From an uncultured candidate division Zixibacteria bacterium (lineage in GTDB: Bacteria; Zixibacteria; MSB-5A5; GN15; FEB-12), in NCBI GenBank assembly GCA_963806185.1, contig CAWDXE010000005.1, positions 192,001-256,000 on the forward strand: a stretch of DNA of 64,000 nt. Direction: 5' to 3'. Positions 47,987-58,342 of the stretch are shown here, piece after piece. Position 1 is the first letter of the stretch. Every line of letters begins with the position of its first letter. The notes below the pieces were generated by a model. The model was not told where the DNA came from. It did no database searches and was given only the letters and a program-made list of their open reading frames with translations. The position numbers and the translations under genes are program-made.

Positions 47987-48976
47987 ATGACTCCGTCGTT
48001 ACACTTGGTGCTCGTAACCGGCGGAGCCGGGTACATCGGATCGGTTGTTACGGAACAGCTCCTGCGCGCCGGCCACCGCGTGCGTGTTCTCGACCGATTC
48101 TCCTTCGGGGGCGGAGCACTTCTGCCGCTGCTGCATCATCCCGACCTCGACATTCGCACCGGTGACATCCGCGATCAGGCTGCCGTAACGACCGCAATGA
48201 TCGACGTCGACACCGTCGTGCATCTGGCCGCTATCGTCGGCGATCCCGCGTGCGCCAAATTCCCGGACGAGGCGATGACGGTCAACCGCGCCGGCTCGGA
48301 GCTGCTCTGCCTGGCAGCGATGGACGCGGGCGTGCGACGCTTCATCTTCGCCTCGACCTGCAGTAACTACGGCAAAATGAGTGATCACGACGGCTACGTT
48401 GACGAACAGTCCCCCCTGGGTCCGATTTCGCTATACGCCGAACTCAAGGTCGGGTTCGAGCAGTTCCTGATGGCGCAGAGCAAGTCCGGCTTTGAGCCGG
48501 TTTGTTTGCGGTTTGCGACGGCTTACGGGATGTCGGGACGCCCTCGCTTTGACCTGACCGTCAATGAATTCACGCGGGAATTGCTCCTGGGACGTACGCT
48601 CCAGATATTCGGTCAGCAGTTCTGGCGACCGTATTGCCATGTGGTGGATATCGCAAGCGCCTGCCGGCTGGCGGTGGAGGCGTCGACAGAGACAGTCGCG
48701 CGGCAGGCCATCAACGTCGGCGTTACTTCCGAGAATTACCAGAAGAAGCGATTGGTCGAACTAATATCCGATCAGATTGGCGACCGTGCGGGCAAAATTG
48801 AATTCGTAGCGCGACAAGAAGATCCCCGGGATTACCGTGTGAATTTTGACAAGATCGAGCGGCTCCTGAGCTTCTCCGCCCAGTGGCGAGTACCCGATGG
48901 CATCCGCGAGATTATCGCTGCCATTTCCGGCGGACTTGTGCCTGACCCCGATCTGCCGGCGTATCGAAATGTGTAA
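47987..48976 (+). CDS. NAD-dependent epimerase/dehydratase (extended SDR)
   Basis: VTGGAGYIG, HLAAIVGDP, ASTCSNYG, YAELK, RFATAYG. Confidence 0.9.
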   Translation: MTPSLHLVLVTGGAGYIGSVVTEQLLRAGHRVRVLDRFSFGGGALLPLLHHPDLDIRTGDIRDQAAVTTAMIDVDTVVHLAAIVGDPACAKFPDEAMTVNRAGSELLCLAAMDAGVRRFIFASTCSNYGKMSDHDGYVDEQSPLGPISLYAELKVGFEQFLMAQSKSGFEPVCLRFATAYGMSGRPRFDLTVNEFTRELLLGRTLQIFGQQFWRPYCHVVDIASACRLAVEASTETVARQAINVGVTSENYQKKRLVELISDQIGDRAGKIEFVARQEDPRDYRVNFDKIERLLSFSAQWRVPDGIREIIAAISGGLVPDPDLPAYRNV

Positions 48977-48985
48977 GGGACGGCT

Positions 48986-49714
48986 GTGACGGAAAAGACT
49001 GGAAACATCGGTCCTCTCGAAGCGGTCATCCTGGCCGGCGGCAAGGGGACGCGCCTCTATCCCTACACTTCCGACATTCCCAAGCCGTTGGTACCGATAG
49101 CCGGGCGTCCGGTCATTGAGTTTCTCCTCGATCGTCTGGCGCAGAGCGGCGTCACCAGAGTGCATCTGGCAGTGAATCATCTCTCGAGTATGATTTCCGC
49201 CGCCTTGGGCGACGGCGCCAGGTGGGGGATGAAGATTGAATACGTGGCCGAGAACCGCCCACTCTCAACGATTGGACCACTGGCCTTGATTCAGGATCTG
49301 CCGGACCACTTTGTCGTCGCCAATGGCGACATTATCACTGATCTGGACGTGCGCCAGTTGATGGAGGCTCATCGAGCCAATGGAGCGGAGTTGACGGTTG
49401 CGACGCATCATCGGGTGGAACGTGTCGACTTCGGTGTGATAGAGACTGATGCGAAGGGAAATGTCGTCGGTTTTCGGGAAAAGCCTTCGTACGAATTTGC
49501 CGTTTCCATGGGCATCTATGCCTTGTCCAAAAAGGTGCTGAATGTCATTCCTTCCGGAACGCCATTCGGCTTTGACGAACTAATCCTGAATCTCCTTCAG
49601 AGTAAAGCCAAAGTCTGCGCATTTCCGTATAGCGGATACTGGCTCGATGTGGGACGACCGGATGATTATGAGCGCGCCTGCCGCGAAGTGAATCTATTCG
49701 GCGAAAAACGATGA
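48986..49714 (+). CDS. Sugar-phosphate nucleotidyltransferase
   Basis: ILAGGKGTRL.P.T..PKPL, NGD, WLDVGRPDDY. Confidence 0.9.
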   Translation: MTEKTGNIGPLEAVILAGGKGTRLYPYTSDIPKPLVPIAGRPVIEFLLDRLAQSGVTRVHLAVNHLSSMISAALGDGARWGMKIEYVAENRPLSTIGPLALIQDLPDHFVVANGDIITDLDVRQLMEAHRANGAELTVATHHRVERVDFGVIETDAKGNVVGFREKPSYEFAVSMGIYALSKKVLNVIPSGTPFGFDELILNLLQSKAKVCAFPYSGYWLDVGRPDDYERACREVNLFGEKR

Positions 49715-50553
49715 AAACTCGACTGACGCGCTCACAGTCAAAGAGGTCGCCATATTCACCCAAACGCGCCGGCCGGTTTTGGAATCGTCGTGTCTCCTCC
49801 ACCGATCCCCTCTCCGCCGTGCTGACATACGACGCGCCGCCCATAATCAACAAAGCCTATGACCGATGGGAGCGCGGAGCAGTTTCGCTTACCCTCGGCA
49901 CTTCGCTGCGCCGCATCCGAGCCCTCGACCTGGGAGCAGGAACCGGGCGGATTTCGCTTCTCCTGGCGTCGAAAGGGGCAACAGTCACCTCGATCGACGT
50001 TTCCGAAAAGATGCTGAGCCAACTCACAAAGGCCGCCCGCACGTCCGGATTGAGTTCAAAGATTCGCCCCATTCTCTCAAGCGCCACGAGGCTGCCGATA
50101 CCAGACGACTCCATCGATTTGATCACCTGCTGTGGATTGCTGGAACATCTTCCAGCCAGAGAGCGACGTTCCGCTATGGGCGAAGCTCTTCGGGTATTGA
50201 CTCCCTCCGGCCGAATGATTGTAGTGATTAACAACACGGACTGTGTTTTTCTCCGGCGCCGGTACCCGATGAAGACTCAACGACCCGACGGTTACTTCGT
50301 CGGTCTGGTCGGTTTGTCGTGGCTCCGGCGATGGACAGAAGCTCGCGGGTTGATCGTGACGATTCGCGCAGCGAATCCGTGGTATGCATGCGCCTACTAT
50401 CTGGCATCGTCCGGCGACAGAAGGGACACGACCCTCTCGCCGCTGACCGCCGCCTTTCGCGGACTGGCGGACATTGACTTGAACATCGACCTCGACTCGC
50501 CACTCGTGACAAAACTGGCCTCCCATCTGGTTGTCGAAATCGCTTATTCCTGA
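49711..50553 (+). CDS. Class I SAM-dependent methyltransferase
   Basis: ALDLGAGTG, IDVSEKML, LEHL, RVLTPSG; ATGA overlap with the upstream gene. Confidence 0.85.
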   Translation: MKTRLTRSQSKRSPYSPKRAGRFWNRRVSSTDPLSAVLTYDAPPIINKAYDRWERGAVSLTLGTSLRRIRALDLGAGTGRISLLLASKGATVTSIDVSEKMLSQLTKAARTSGLSSKIRPILSSATRLPIPDDSIDLITCCGLLEHLPARERRSAMGEALRVLTPSGRMIVVINNTDCVFLRRRYPMKTQRPDGYFVGLVGLSWLRRWTEARGLIVTIRAANPWYACAYYLASSGDRRDTTLSPLTAAFRGLADIDLNIDLDSPLVTKLASHLVVEIAYS

Positions 50554-51029
50554 GCTTGGTTACCTCGTCACATGGCGTCCGACCGATTGACTCCCGTCAA
50601 AGCGCCCATTCTCCTACTACTGCGTATGGATTCCGTGGTCCGCGTTCGCATTTGACGGTTCGGATGCGAACTCACCATGAAAATCGCCGGCTCTCGAACG
50701 ATTTTTGACTGCCGGAAGCCAGTTTTTTCGTTCCAGAACCTCCCAAAACGGGCCGCACGCAAAATCTGGCCTTTAATGGATTATTTGCACACCAAGAGCA
50801 CTTTTTCCGTCACCACAGTAAGGGAAACGAATGGAGGAACCGATATAGTTATTGTTGACAGATAATTGCTTAAACAGATTTCTAAAGTGTGGACAGATAC
50901 CAGTCACACAGTATTAGTGCACCCTCGCCCATGGCCGTTCCGGCCAATTACCTTCCCTTGGTCTGGAATGAGCAGTCATGGATAACCCCGATAACAACTG
51001 GTATGGAAACATATGGTGAGGAGTAAACA

Positions 51030-53950
51030 ATGAAACGTAACATGCTACTGCCAGGCTTGCTGGTCTTGCTCTTGCTGCCAGCGTGGCTTTCGGCCGCTAC
51101 CGTCGGCCGAATTACTGGAGTGGTGACTGACGCATCCACGAAGGAGCCGCTGGTCGGCGTCTCCGTGCAGGTGGTCGGTACCAACATGGGAAGCATGACG
51201 GATGAGAACGGGCGTTACAACATTCAGAACGTCCCCGTCGGCACCTACACGATCCGCTACTCGTCGGTCGGTTTCGGGAATGTCGAAATCAGCAACGTTG
51301 AAGTGTCGGCCGATCTGGTCAGCTACTCCAACGCCGGGCTGAGTTCGCAGGCCACCGACATCGGCAAAACGATCACGGTCCAGGCGGAAACCCCGCTGGT
51401 CATCAAAGACCGCACGTCGCAGATCAACGTCATGAAGCGGGACGAGATTCTCGCGTTACCGACGCGCGGCTTTGAACAGGTGGTGGGCATACAGACGGGC
51501 GTGGTGAAAGTCACGCCAAACCCGACCAACCGCCTGCGCGGCGCGCGCGAATCGACGACTACCGGCGAGTTAAACGTCCGCGGCGGCCGGCCGTCGGAAG
51601 TCGCCTACTACGTCGATGGATTCTCACAGCAGGATCCGCTCTCGGGTAACTCGACCGCGAACATCAACAACAACGCCATTCAGGAAGTATCACTCTTGTC
51701 GGGCGGTTTCCCGGCGGAATACGGCAACGTCGGATCGGCGATCGTCAATACGATCACCAATTCCGGCTCGCAGGTATTCCACGGCAACGTCGAAGCCGTC
51801 ACCGACAACGTGACGTCCCGCAATTTCGATCAGAACTACTATTCCGCCGATCTGGGCGGACCGATTCCGGGATTGGAGAAGGCGACCTTCTTTGGTTCCG
51901 CCGAACGGCGCTGGCTGGGCGACCGCCAACCGTCGTCGACGACGCATGATTTCCTGCCGGGTTCACCCGACGGGCTGCCGCACAACTCTCTCGATGGCTG
52001 GTCGTGGCAGGGCAAGATCGATTACAGCCTGACGCAGAACGCCAAGCTGCAATTGTCCACCAACGGTTCAAACGACAAGTGGAGCGAATACCGGCACGAA
52101 TATCTGCTGGACGCCGGCCACATGCCGTGGTATCACGATCAGAATATGGGCCTCAACGGCAAGCTGACCCATACGCTGAACGCGAAGACGTTTTACAACC
52201 TGAGCGCCTCCTGGTTCAAGACGGAGCGGTTCCGCGGCGACGGTATGCTCCGAGAAGATCTCTGGGCCTATGGTCGGCCGACCGGCAAACCCGCGTCTTG
52301 ACCTGACGTCGCTGTTCTGGAACCCCGATGATCCTGTCAACCGCCCGACGCGAATCGACATGGTGGTCGACGGCGTCTCCGCAGCATTCTCGATCATGGA
52401 TACGATCGGCGACGGCCACGGTGACGAAGGCTCGGTCTGGGATGACTATCTCAAGCGCAAGTCTCGCTACATCGGCTTCAAGGGTGACATCACCAGCGAA
52501 GTCTCCGACGTGCACACGGTGCAAGGCCGGTTTCGAATTCCAGCGCCATACGCTCCGGTTCTACCAGCACCTGTTCCCGTCGCTGGTTTCGGCAGGACAT
52601 CGGCGGCAAGGGATTTCAGGATGCCAACCGCTACGGCTATGACGATATACGGCAATCGAATCGGATAATGAGTCGTTCGAAAACGAGACCAAGCACCCGG
52701 TCAATGCGGCCGGCTATGCATCAGGATCGCGTTGAATGGCGCGGTTTGATTATCAACGCCGGTCTGCGCTTTGACTATTTCGACTACAAGCAGAAACGGC
52801 TCAAAAGCCTGACCAATCCATTCGATCCGGATGGCGAGGGCGCGTCCAATCCGACTCTCGACCGTGCTCGACGCCAGCGACTTTGAGCCTTCGAAGAAAT
52901 TCACCGCGCTTGTCGCCCGCGTCTGGGTATCGGCTTCCCGGTGTCGGACAAGACGCAGCTGCACCTGAATTACGGCAAATTCTACCAGCGCCCGGACCTT
53001 ATTCGCCTATATGTCGGATATGACTTCTTCGCATACAAGGTGCAAGACGGGCGGCTACTTCTTCCCGATCGGGAATCCGAATCTCGAGCCGGAAAGATTA
53101 CCCAGTACGAAATCGGTTTCTCGCACCAACTGGGCGAGAACACGTCGCTCGACGTCAACGCCTTCTACAAGGATATGATCGGCCTCGTGCAGGTATATAA
53201 CCAGTCGGCCGACGCCGCGGTCGTATTCGTTGTATCGCAACTCCGACTACGGCACGTCGAAGGGCCTGGAATTCAATCTCCACATGCGGCGTACCAACAA
53301 CATCGAATTGGATGTCAAGTACACGCTGGCGTATGCCACCGGCACCGGTTCGTACGCCAACACGCAGCAGAATATTGCCTGGACCAACTCCCAGGTCCCC
53401 AAGCAGGCCGCACCGCTCGATTACGACCAGCGCCACAATCTGATCGGCGTAGTCGATTATCGACTCGGCCGCCAGCAGGGACCACGCATCGGCGATAAGT
53501 ATCCGCTGGAGAACTTCGGTATCAACATTGTTTCCCAGGTTGGCAGCGGTCTGCCGTATTCGCCGCAGAATCTCTACAACGAAGTGACCCTGGCGGCGGT
53601 TACGCCGACACCTTCGGCGGCGCGCAACAGCGCCTACGGCCCATGGACGATCAATATCGATCTCAAGGCGGAGAAGATCATTCAACTTCAAGGCTACAAG
53701 ATCACTCCGTACCTGTGGGTCAAGAACCTGCTCGATCGGGACAACGTGACTTACGTCTATGAAGGCACTGGTCGCCCGAACACCACCGGCTGGCTGGCTA
53801 CATCCGAGGGTCAAGCAGTTCGTAGTCGATCAAGCCGGACCGGATTATACTGGCTTGAACGGCGAACAGAAATACAAACTGAAAGAACAGAACCCGACGA
53901 ACTACTCCAACCCGCGGATGTTCATGTTCGGCGTTCGGTTCTCGTTCTGA
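51030..53950 (+). CDS. TonB-dependent receptor with N-terminal carboxypeptidase-regulatory-like domain (multiple frameshifts from about 52290)
   Basis: SD GAGGAG; GRITGVVTD..TKEPL; VRGGR..EVAYYVDG; GGFPAEYG; NAGLRFDY; NYGKFYQRP; GLPYS; ends NPRMFMFGVRFSF; pieces alternate frames. Confidence 0.85.
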
Positions 53951-53994
53951 TCGAGAGAAAAATAGGAATTCGTATGGATACGAGGACAGATTTC

Positions 53995-56900
53995 ATGAAA
54001 CAAAAATTATGGATAGGCGTGATCCTGTCGCTTTTGGCCGTAGCGGCTCTGGCTGCACCGCCCCAACAGCGGGGCAAAGCGCCCAAGAGTGCAGCCTCTT
54101 TGGACACCGACACGTGGATCGATGCCAATCGTCTTCTCATGTTTGTGACCAACGACGGCTCGTTCGCGTCAGATCTGGGAGGAATCCTGGGTAAGACTGA
54201 CGGTCTGTATTATCCCTTCACTTCTTTGGCCGACATCCGGTTCAAGAAGAACGACAACTCGGTGGTTTACGCATCTGGCCTCTGGCTGGGCGCAAAGGAT
54301 TCGGTCACCGGTGACATATTGATCACCGTCGCCGAATACTCCGAGGAAAATGTGCCGGGCCCGATGGTTGACGGTGAGGCCAGCCCGGATGATCCGTTCT
54401 ACTACGTGTACAAAATCAGGTCCGACAGCACAGGTGACAACGCCAACCGAGATTACCGAGACTGGCCGGACACACTCGGAGCTCCGGTCGACATCGACCG
54501 GAAAGCCGGCGCTGATTGGTAACCAGATGCTCTGGGCGGTATACAACGACGCCGATCCGGCCAACACACCAACAAAGCCGGTTCGACCGAACCGCTCGGT
54601 GTCGAAATCCAGCAAACCGACCATCGGCTTCAGCCCGCCAAGGTGCGTTCGGCGACATTTTGTTCGTCAAGTTCAAGATCAAGAACAAAGGCTCTAAGAC
54701 CCTGGACAGTATGTTCGTGTCGCTCTGGGCGGATCCTGATCTGGGCGACGCTTCCGACGATTTGGTCGGTTGCGATACACTCCTGTCGCTCGGATACTGC
54801 TACAACGGAGATGCGGTTGACGGCCAATACGGTTCGCGTCCACCCGCGGTCGGTTACGACTTCTTCCAGGGGCCGATGGATTCAACCGGCATCGAGACTG
54901 ACACAGCGCTCATGTGGGGACAGAAGTGGCCGGGAAATCGTAAACCTGCCGATGTCGTCATTCAACAAGTACATCAACGGAACCGATCCGCAGAACTTCA
55001 ACCAGACCTACAATTATATGCGGGGTCTGCGGACGGCAAGCGGTGATCCTGGCGACCAACGGACGAAATTCGCCGTGCCGGGCGATCCGGTTACCGGCGG
55101 GTGATCTGGACGCCAATCCTGCTGACCGTCGCTTTATGTTGACCACTGGACCGTTCAAGTTCCGTCCGGGTGACAGCACTGAAATCGTGGCCGGCATCAT
55201 GGCTCAGCAGGGCGCCGAACCGCCTCCAGTCTCTGACTGCCTTGAAAGAGTTGGATGACATTGCTCAGAAGACCTACAACAATAACTTCGTCGTCGTGAA
55301 ACCGCCGGCGATCCGGTGGTAACGGTGACCAACCAGAACGAGGAGATCGTCCTGTCCTGGACGGACACTTCGGAAATCGAACACGGCGACTTCCCGTTTG
55401 AAGGATACACGGTTCTTCAGGGAAAACGAGTCGGTTCTACGATCGAATACACCGAAATCCCGCAACAGACGTATGACCTAGTCAACGGGTACAAGATCAT
55501 TCTGGATTCCATTCCGGACACCGACGCGCAGCAGCCGCTCTTGAAAGTGCAGAAGAAGGGAAACGACCGCGGGGTCAAGAGGTATTTTTCCACGCGCACC
55601 GACTACAATACCGGCGAGCCGCTTTCCAATTTGAGCGAATACTTCTATCGGATCGAAGCCTATTCGTACAATCCTTCCGCACCGGCCGGGGACAGAATTC
55701 AGCCGTCGAAAGGCAAGAATGTAACGGCCGTGCCACAGGGACCACCGGCTAACTATGATCCGAGCTATGTAGGTACTGACGTGTTCCCGGTCACGCACGT
55801 CGGCAATTCCGACGGGACAATTGTGCCAACCGTCATGGATCCCACTCTCCTGACCGGGCACGACTACCAGATCAGAATAGACACCATCCCTGAATTCGAC
55901 ACGGCAATCGTCGACGTCGAGGATTCTGTCATAACAATTGCAGATTCGACAGTCCGAGGTGACACGGTCCTTTACTTCAACCGTGACAGCTCGGTAACAC
56001 ATCCCGAAACCACAATTACCACCACTACGGTATGGGAACTTCGGGACATGACTCTGGACTCAGCATTATTTGATACGATGCTGAATCAGAGCGGTGACGA
56101 TGAGTATCCAATCGTCGACGGGTTCCTCATGAAGGTTCTGGGTCCGCCACCGGGATTGAAGGGCGGCGAGCCGGGCGATGCCAATGAGGGATGGGCAGTA
56201 TCAAGCGGCGCTCGTCGATTCACGCAGATCGGCGGAGACGGCCTCGCTATGGAAGGATTCCGCGCAACTGTTGGCTGGGCCAACGAACCGTCGTCTTTCT
56301 TTGGTTCTCGCGGTCTATCGTCGGTTGGTGCGGACAGGCTTCGCAATATTGAGCTGCGACTGGCAGTGACTGATTCAACCGGCGTGTTTGATCCCGGCGA
56401 TCCGAATGTATCCTATGCCTATCGCTGGGGCCGTAACTTCCAGGCCGCCGCCGCCAAGCCGGAGTTCGCGCCATTTATCATCAATACCGGTGCCAGCTAC
56501 GATTACCAGGACTATGTACAGAGTATGCCGCTGGCTGTGTATGACATTGAAGCTGACCCGCCGCGCCGGCTGGCCGTTGGCTTCCTCGAAAACAACGTTG
56601 CCGACGGTGAAGTGAACGGCAGATACTGGCCACCGTACAACGCCGCTGCCAACGGCGACAACGTTGACGCGGGCGGGCCTCGCGAATGGCTGTTCATATT
56701 CGACGCCGATTATACCGGCGCGACGCCTGATGCGGGCCTGCAGGTGAACGTCCTCGGTGCTGTCACTCCTATAATGTATCACGCCACGTGGACGCGGCGC
56801 GATGACGTCGGCTGGTCCCCGGGCGGAGTGGTCGATGGCTTCGAGCTCTTTGCCAACCATGTCCTGCTGCCCGCTGATACGTTCTCGTTTACGGCTGCGC

Positions 56901-57250
56901 CGTGGACGAAAACAAACGCCGGCGGCAGCGTGAGATTGGATGATGTCCGGGCCGTACCTAACCCGTACTACCTCTACTCCTCCTACGACAACAGCACCAA
57001 CTCGCGGCAGATTCGCTTCTCGAATCTTCCGGAGAGGTGCACCATCAGTATCTACACGATCACTGGTGATCTGGTCTCCAAGGTGGAGAAGAACTCGACC
57101 GATTCGTGGGCGTACTGGGATGTCCAGACCGATAATGGGATCCCCGTGGCGTCAGGTATATATATCTGGGTGGTCGACGCTCCCGGAATTGGACAGAAAA
57201 TCGGCAAGATGGCTGTGTTCACCGAAGTGGAACAGCTTCCGCAGTACTAG
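53995..57250 (+). CDS. Large secreted protein with FN3-like region and C-terminal T9SS/FlgD-like sorting domain (frameshifts about 54500-55320)
   Basis: SD GAGGA, signal peptide MKQKLWIG; IDANRLLMFVTNDG, YASGLWLG, WADPDLG, PPAVGYDFFQGP, DRRF..TTGPF, IVLSW..FEGY; C-terminal VPNPY..IRFSNLP..CTISIYT..GDLV..WD..VASGIYI. Confidence 0.8.
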
Positions 57251-57270
57251 AAAGCGCAGAGGATAAGATC

Positions 57271-58269
57271 ATGAAATATAAATCGTTTGTAATCTGGCTT
57301 GGGCTGCTCATCCTCGGTGCAGCGTCGGTGCAGGCCGGCAGCGAGCTGAAGATCGGCACCTCGGGCGGCGCGGAACTGCTGATTCCAGTCGGTTCGCGCG
57401 GCACGTCCATGGGCGGTTCGGTAGTTGCCAATAGCTTTGGCATCGAGGCGATCTACTGGAACCCCGCCGGTTTGGCCACTCTTGAAGGAACCGAGGCAAT
57501 GTTCAGCCATCAACCGTGGCTTGCTGACATCGACGTCAACTTCGCCGGGGTCGGCACCACTATCGAAGGCTTTGGCACTCTCGGTGTCTCCGCCAAAGTC
57601 GTTTCCATCGGCAAGATGGAACAGACGACCGAAGCGGAACCGGAAGGAACCGGGAAGATCTACGAACCGACGATGACGGTGATCGGCGTGACGTACGCCC
57701 GTTCGTTGACCGCCAACGTCAACTTCGGCGTGACCGGGATGCTCATCAACGAGCGCATTTTCGAAGTGAGCGCCAACGGTATGGCGTTCGACTTCGGCGT
57801 GACGTATGATCCCCGGTGGCACGGTATGACATTGGGCATCGTGTTGAAAAACTACGGCCCGGATATGAGATTCAAGGGGCCGGGGTTTGAGCGCACGTAC
57901 GAAGAGGCGGGGCAACGGCAGGTGGCGTCCGAAGGGGCGTCATTCCAGATACCCAGCTATTTCAGTATCGGACTCGCTTACAATTTCTATGAAAAGGAAA
58001 TGCATTCAGCCACGCTCACCGGAGATTTCCGGGCCAACAACTTCCAGGAAGATTTCTGGCAGGGCGGTTTTGAGTATGCGTACAACGACCGGTATTTCGT
58101 CCGGGCGGGGTACAACTACTCGACGCAGGGTGACTGGATTCACGGCGCCGCGCTCGGACTGGGACTGAATCTCCCGTTCGGCGAGAACAAACTGTCTTTC
58201 GAATACTCCTGGAATCAGACCGACGTATTCGACGACAGTCAGTTCTTCACCGTCAAGGCTGACTTCTAG
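57271..58269 (+). CDS. PorV/PorQ-like (UPF0164) outer-membrane beta-barrel
   Basis: Signal peptide; LLIPVGSRGTSMG, IYWNPAGL, AFDFG, LKNYG, VRAGY; ends in F. Confidence 0.85.
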   Translation: MKYKSFVIWLGLLILGAASVQAGSELKIGTSGGAELLIPVGSRGTSMGGSVVANSFGIEAIYWNPAGLATLEGTEAMFSHQPWLADIDVNFAGVGTTIEGFGTLGVSAKVVSIGKMEQTTEAEPEGTGKIYEPTMTVIGVTYARSLTANVNFGVTGMLINERIFEVSANGMAFDFGVTYDPRWHGMTLGIVLKNYGPDMRFKGPGFERTYEEAGQRQVASEGASFQIPSYFSIGLAYNFYEKEMHSATLTGDFRANNFQEDFWQGGFEYAYNDRYFVRAGYNYSTQGDWIHGAALGLGLNLPFGENKLSFEYSWNQTDVFDDSQFFTVKADF

Positions 58270-58291
58270 GCCGACTGATTCCGCAGAAAAG

Positions 58292-58325
58292 AAACGGATC
58301 GCGCCGCTAGGTGCGATCCGTTTTT
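58292..58325. terminator. Bidirectional terminator
   Basis: AAACGGATCGCGCC-GCTA-GGTGCGATCCGTTTTT between convergent genes. Confidence 0.85.
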
Positions 58326-58342
58326 CGTTGATGATATCCGGC

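Noticed and set aside
50554..51029. AT-rich region with TTGACA at 50855 upstream of the receptor operon
   Set aside because: Probably holds the promoter, but no properly spaced -10, Fur box or riboswitch could be identified
53230..54522. 430-aa ORF as a single gene
   Set aside because: Chimera of the receptor C-terminus and the next gene's signal peptide caused by a frameshift near 53820
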